Both the position numbers and the translations under genes were made by a program. 64,000 nucleotides of DNA from an uncultured Actinomycetota bacterium (lineage in GTDB: Bacteria > Actinomycetota > Actinomycetes > JACCUZ01). This document shows, one piece after another, positions 56,620-64,000 of the stretch. The first letter of the stretch is position 1, and each line of letters opens with the position of its first letter. The DNA lies in the NCBI GenBank assembly GCA_963846525.1, contig CAWJWE010000004.1, positions 5,097 through 69,096 of the forward strand, written 5' to 3'. The notes under the pieces are model-generated. The model was not told the origin of the DNA. It worked only from the letters and a program-made list of their open reading frames with translations, and did no database searches.

Positions 56620-57375
56620 TCAGCCTGCGGCGGGGTCCTCGGGGGTGAACTGCACCCGGGCGACCTGGCCGCGGTCGCCCGGCGTGCCGATCTCGGTGCC
56701 GTTGACGACCAGGGTGACGCCACCGGCGTTGCCGATCACCAGCCGGAGCCGGGTCTTGTCGGTGAAGCTCTGCTGGGCGCCCGCCTGCAGCAGGCCCTGG
56801 AACAGCTCCTGCCCGGTCGCTGTGGTGACCTGCACCCAGCTGCGGTCGGTGGCGTGCACCTCGACGGTGACCTTGCCGCGGGGCGCCTGTGCCACCGCGC
56901 TGCTGCCGCCGCCGGACGGGCTGGCCGACGCGCTGGGTGACGTGCTGGGCGGTGCGCTGCTGCTGGTGTCGGTGCCCGCCTGGTCGGCTCCGTCCGGGCC
57001 GGGGCCGGTGAACGCCTGCACCACGCCGTACACCAGGACCAGGGCCAGTGCGGCGCCCATCGCGGCGCTCCAGTTCGGCCCCCGGCGCTCAGCCCGGGCC
57101 GAGGTCTCGGACTCGAAGACCTCGGTCGCGCGCGGCGGGGCCGCCTCGGGGCGGCTGGCGTCGAACTCGGCCAGCAGCGGCTTCGGGTCGAGCCCGACCT
57201 TGGTGGCGATGTTGCGGAGGTGGCCGCGGGCGTAGAAGTCGCCGCCGCAGGCCGAGAAGTCGTCGTTCTCGATGCCGAGGATCAAGGTGCGACGGATCCG
57301 GGTGGCAGCCGCGACGTCCTCGAGAGAGAGCCCGGCAGACTCCCTCGCCTCAGCGAGGGTGGTGCCGATGGACAA
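56620..57375 (-). CDS. HTH (Cro/C1-type) plus DUF4115 protein, RodZ-like
   Basis: N-terminal HTH (LAEARESAGLSLEDVAAATRIRRTLILGIENDDF), a TM helix, and a C-terminal DUF4115-like domain. TTG start at 57373-57375 after a GGGAGGAG SD. Confidence 0.75.
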   Translation of the reverse strand: MSIGTTLAEARESAGLSLEDVAAATRIRRTLILGIENDDFSACGGDFYARGHLRNIATKVGLDPKPLLAEFDASRPEAAPPRATEVFESETSARAERRGPNWSAAMGAALALVLVYGVVQAFTGPGPDGADQAGTDTSSSAPPSTSPSASASPSGGGSSAVAQAPRGKVTVEVHATDRSWVQVTTATGQELFQGLLQAGAQQSFTDKTRLRLVIGNAGGVTLVVNGTEIGTPGDRGQVARVQFTPEDPAAG

Positions 57376-57497
57376 CGTGCGCTCCTCCCGTGGTGAGGCC
57401 TCAGTCTAGGGACCACCCTCACTGTCGGCCAGCCGAGGTCCCACCCTGAGTGATCACGTTGCTGCAACAGGATGAACCCGCGCGGCGACCGGGCCTG

Positions 57498-59954
57498 CTA
57501 CTCGCCGCGCAGCGTGAACAGGACGCCGTCCAGCTCGTCCGGCTGGACCAGAACGTCGCGCGCCTTGGATCCCTCGGAGGGTCCGACGATGCCCCGGCTC
57601 TCCATCAGGTCCATCAGCCGGCCGGCCTTGGCGAAGCCCACCCGCAGCTTGCGCTGCAGCATCGAGGTCGAGCCGAACTGCGTCGTCACGACGAGCTCGG
57701 CGGCCTGGCAGAGCAGGTCGAGGTCGTCGCCGACCTCCTCGTCGACCTCGCGCCGGGTGCTCTGCGGGACGGTGACGTCGTCGCGGTAGGTGGGCTGCAG
57801 CTGCGCCTTGCAGTGCTCCACCACGGCCAGGACCTCTGGCTCGGTGACCCAGGCCCCCTGCATGCGCATCGCCTTGCTGGCGCCCATCGGCAGGAACAGC
57901 CCGTCACCCTGGCCGACCAGCTTCTCGGCGCCCGGCTGGTCGAGGATGACCCGGCTGTCGGCCAGGCTCGAGGTCGCGAACGCCAGCCGGGACGGCACGT
58001 TGGCCTTGATCAGGCCGGTGACCACGTCGACCGACGGGCGCTGGGTGGCCAGCACCAGGTGGATGCCGGCGGCCCGGGCCAGCTGGGTGATCCGGACGAT
58101 CGAGTCCTCGACGTCCCGCGGGGCGACCATCATCAGGTCGGCCAGCTCGTCGACGACGACCAGCAGGTAGGGGTAGGGCGCGAGCACCCGCTCGCTGCCG
58201 GGCGGCGGTGTGACCTTGCCCGCCTTGACCGCCTTGTTGAAGTCGTCGACGTGCCGGAAGCCGAACGCCGCGAGGTCGTCGTAGCGCAGGTCCATCTCGC
58301 GCACGACCCACTGCAGGGCCTCGGCCGCCTTCTTCGGGTTGGTGATGATCGGCGTGATGAGGTGCGGCACGCCCTCGTAGTGCGTGAGCTCGACCCGCTT
58401 CGGGTCGACCAGGACCATCCGCACCTCGTCCGGCGTCGCGCGCAGCAGCAACGAGGTGATCATCGAGTTGACGAAGCTGGACTTGCCGGAGCCGGTGGCG
58501 CCGGCGACGAGCAGGTGCGGCATCTTCGCCAGGTTCGCGACGACGAACCCGCCCTCGACGTCCTTGCCGAGGCCGACCAGCATCGGGTGGTGGTCGTTGC
58601 GGGCCACCGGCGAGCGCATGACGTCGCCGAGGCTCACGACCTCCTTGTCGACGTTGGGGATCTCGATGCCGATGGCCGACTTGCCGGGGATCGGCGACAG
58701 GATGCGGACGTCGGCGCTCGCCACCGCGTACGCGATGTTCTTGCTCAGGGCGGTGACCCGCTCGACCTTGACCGCGGTGCCGAGCTCGACCTCGTAGCGG
58801 GTGACCGTCGGGCCGCGGGTGTAACCGGTGACCTGGGCGTCGATGTCGAACTGCTCGAGCACCTGGGTGAGGGACTCGACCACCGCGTCGCTGGCCTTGG
58901 ACCGTGCCTTGTGCGGCGAGCCCTCGCGCAGGACGTCGGCCGGCGGCAGCGCGTAGGTGACGTCGCCGGACAGCAGCAGCTGCTCGACCCGGGCAGGCAT
59001 CGGAGAGTGCGCCGGCGGCGGCTTCTCCTCGTCCGCCAGCTGCCCCGGGTCGGCAGCGGCCGGTCCGGCCTCGGTGCCGCGAGCGACCACCGATTCGTCG
59101 TAGGGGATGTCCGCGGGCTCGTCCTCGGTCATCGAGCCCTGGCGGCGCCGTGGCCGACGGCGCTTCAGCGGCTCGAGCGGCTCTACGCCGAGGTCGGCGA
59201 CCTCGCTGTCGACGTCGGTCGGCTCCTCGCTCGGCCGGTGCATCAGCCAGGCGAGGACCGCCTTGGCCCGCTCGGGCAGCGCGTGCAGCGGCGTCGCGGA
59301 GATCACGAGCAGGCCGAAGAGCAGCAGCAGCACCAGCAGTGGGAGGGCGACGTACGTCGTGACCGCCGCGACCAGCGGGGAGGACACCAGGTAGCCGAGG
59401 TAGCCGCCGGCCTCGCGCAGCTCGTCGTGCATCGCTGGGTCGGGCAATCCGCGGGCGATGTGCACCAGGCCGATGACGGCGAGCACGACAGCGCCCAGGC
59501 CGATGCCGATCCGCCCGCCGGACTCGGCGTCCTGCGGGTGCCGCAGGATCCGCACGCCCAGCCCGAGCAGGACCAGCGGCAGCACCAGGCCGACCTGGCC
59601 GAAGGTGCCCGAGACGACGGCGTGCACGACCCGACCGACCGGTCCCTGCAGGTCCCACCACTCGACGGCGGCGACCACGGTGGCCAGCCCGATCAGGGCC
59701 AGGCCGATGCCGTCGCGGCGGTGCGCCGGGTCCAGCTCGCGCGCGCTGCTGCCGATCCGCCGGGCCAGCGCCCCGACCAGGTGGGCGATGCCGAGCCAGA
59801 GCCCGCGCAGCGCCCGCACCGGCCAGGGCGGTCCGACCCGTCGCGAGGCCGGCTTGCGGGCCGCCGGCTTGCGGGCGGCCGGCCGGCGGGTCGCCGGCTT
59901 GCGCGCCGCCGACTTCGCGGAGCCGCGGGGGCGCGTGGGCGTACGGGTGGCCAT
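57498..59954 (-). CDS. ftsK: DNA translocase FtsK
   Basis: N-terminal TM helices, Walker A AGATGSGKSS, Walker B LLVVVDELADL, and a gamma domain (STSMLQRKLRVGFAKAGRLMDLMESRGIVGP). Confidence 0.95.
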   Translation of the reverse strand: MATRTPTRPRGSAKSAARKPATRRPAARKPAARKPASRRVGPPWPVRALRGLWLGIAHLVGALARRIGSSARELDPAHRRDGIGLALIGLATVVAAVEWWDLQGPVGRVVHAVVSGTFGQVGLVLPLVLLGLGVRILRHPQDAESGGRIGIGLGAVVLAVIGLVHIARGLPDPAMHDELREAGGYLGYLVSSPLVAAVTTYVALPLLVLLLLFGLLVISATPLHALPERAKAVLAWLMHRPSEEPTDVDSEVADLGVEPLEPLKRRRPRRRQGSMTEDEPADIPYDESVVARGTEAGPAAADPGQLADEEKPPPAHSPMPARVEQLLLSGDVTYALPPADVLREGSPHKARSKASDAVVESLTQVLEQFDIDAQVTGYTRGPTVTRYEVELGTAVKVERVTALSKNIAYAVASADVRILSPIPGKSAIGIEIPNVDKEVVSLGDVMRSPVARNDHHPMLVGLGKDVEGGFVVANLAKMPHLLVAGATGSGKSSFVNSMITSLLLRATPDEVRMVLVDPKRVELTHYEGVPHLITPIITNPKKAAEALQWVVREMDLRYDDLAAFGFRHVDDFNKAVKAGKVTPPPGSERVLAPYPYLLVVVDELADLMMVAPRDVEDSIVRITQLARAAGIHLVLATQRPSVDVVTGLIKANVPSRLAFATSSLADSRVILDQPGAEKLVGQGDGLFLPMGASKAMRMQGAWVTEPEVLAVVEHCKAQLQPTYRDDVTVPQSTRREVDEEVGDDLDLLCQAAELVVTTQFGSTSMLQRKLRVGFAKAGRLMDLMESRGIVGPSEGSKARDVLVQPDELDGVLFTLRGE

Positions 59955-60038
59955 GGTGGGGAGGCTACCCGCCCGTCACGCCTGCACCACTGGTCACACG
60001 GCTCACAACGCCCGCGTGTCGCGCCAGCCCGCCGGTCG

Positions 60039-60095
60039 CCAGTGGCGCGTTCCGACAGGTTTGCGCGTCTGAAATCCGCGCGAACGCGCCACTGG
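60039..60095. repeat. Palindromic intergenic element, copy 2 (terminator-like, downstream of the kinase/regulator operon)
   Basis: A 14-bp outer stem ccagtggcgcgttc / gaacgcgccactgg with an inner gcgcg/cgcgc stem. It shares AGTGGCGCGTTCCG with copy 1. Confidence 0.7.
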
Positions 60096-60108
60096 AGGGA
60101 GCTCGGCG

Positions 60109-60728
60109 CTACGGCGAGCGGAGGGAGTCGACCCGGGCGCGCAGGGCGGCCACGGCCGCGGTGAGCCCGGCGACGTCGAGCTCGCCGTCCAGCTCCCGCT
60201 CGACGGCAGCCAGGTGCCGGGCGACGTCCTCGACGACCTCCGGGTCGCCGAGGCCGGACACCTGACCGGCCAGCAGCTCGGCCTGGTCCCGCAGTTGCCG
60301 GTTCTTCCGGTACAGATCGACGAAGACCGCGACCTTGGCGCGCAGCACCCACGGGTCGAACGGCTTGGCCAGGTAGTCGACGGCGCCGGCGGAGTAGCCG
60401 CGGAACGCGTGCTGCGGCTCACGGTTGATGGCGGTGAGGAAGATGATCGGGATGTCGCGGGTGCGCTCGCGGCGCTTGATGTGCGCCGCCGTCTCGAAGC
60501 CGTCCATGCCCGGCATCTGGACGTCGAGCAGGATCACTGCGTAGTCGTCGGCCAGCAGCGCCTTGAGCGCCTCCTCGCCGGATCCGGCGCGGACCAGGAT
60601 CTGCCCGAGCGAGGACAGGATCGCCTCGAGGGCGAGCAGGTTCTCGGGCCGGTCGTCGACCAGCAGGATGCGAGCCGGCTCGACCTCGCCGGTGGGGGGC
60701 GGCACGGCGCCACTGTAACCAGGCGCCC

Positions 60729-60732
<4 letters not shown>
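60109..60732 (-). CDS. Response regulator (receiver domain plus coiled C-terminal extension)
   Basis: [31 protein letters not shown]. It overlaps the kinase stop by 4 nt. Confidence 0.85.

Positions 60733-64000
<3,268 letters not shown>

Noticed and set aside
57450-60164. A 904-aa plus-strand ORF
   Set aside because: It is antisense to ftsK, with low-complexity composition. The ftsK motifs on the minus strand are unambiguous.

Overview
Very GC-rich (about 70% by eye, not computed) actinobacterial chromosome segment, with gene content resembling Nocardioides/Propionibacteriales. It carries the conserved core neighbourhood nrdJ-nrdR / lexA / dinG-like helicase / hflX / dapF / miaA / miaB / recX-recA / lhr ... 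nei / clgR-cinA-pgsA-rimO / ftsK, ending in a response regulator and a large multi-HAMP hybrid histidine kinase that runs off the window. Accessory genes sit between these: two ABC-2 exporter operons, a PAS-GGDEF-EAL protein, a LigC-type ATP-dependent DNA ligase, an ExeM/NucH-type secreted nuclease, gamma-glutamyltransferase, an ECF sigma/anti-sigma pair, CHRD, an FAD oxidase, GNAT, USP and several DUF proteins. I found no rRNA, tRNA, CRISPR array, transposase or prophage. Four things stand out. (1) recA is interrupted in its Walker-A codons by a 431-aa intein carrying a LAGLIDADG homing endonuclease. (2) Frame-disrupting indels are confined to discrete patches (nrdR-nrdJ, the N-terminus of the nuclease, an ABC ATPase plus lhr, nei, rimO), while more than 25 kb of neighbouring CDS reads cleanly. 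(3) Clear LexA boxes lie at lexA/LysM and at recA. (4) A palindromic intergenic element occurs twice, and the kinase gene contains a 276-bp tandem coding repeat. I found no convincing novel multi-gene system; most of the window is ordinary housekeeping DNA. All calls rest on manual motif recognition in the supplied ORF translations; no database search was run.
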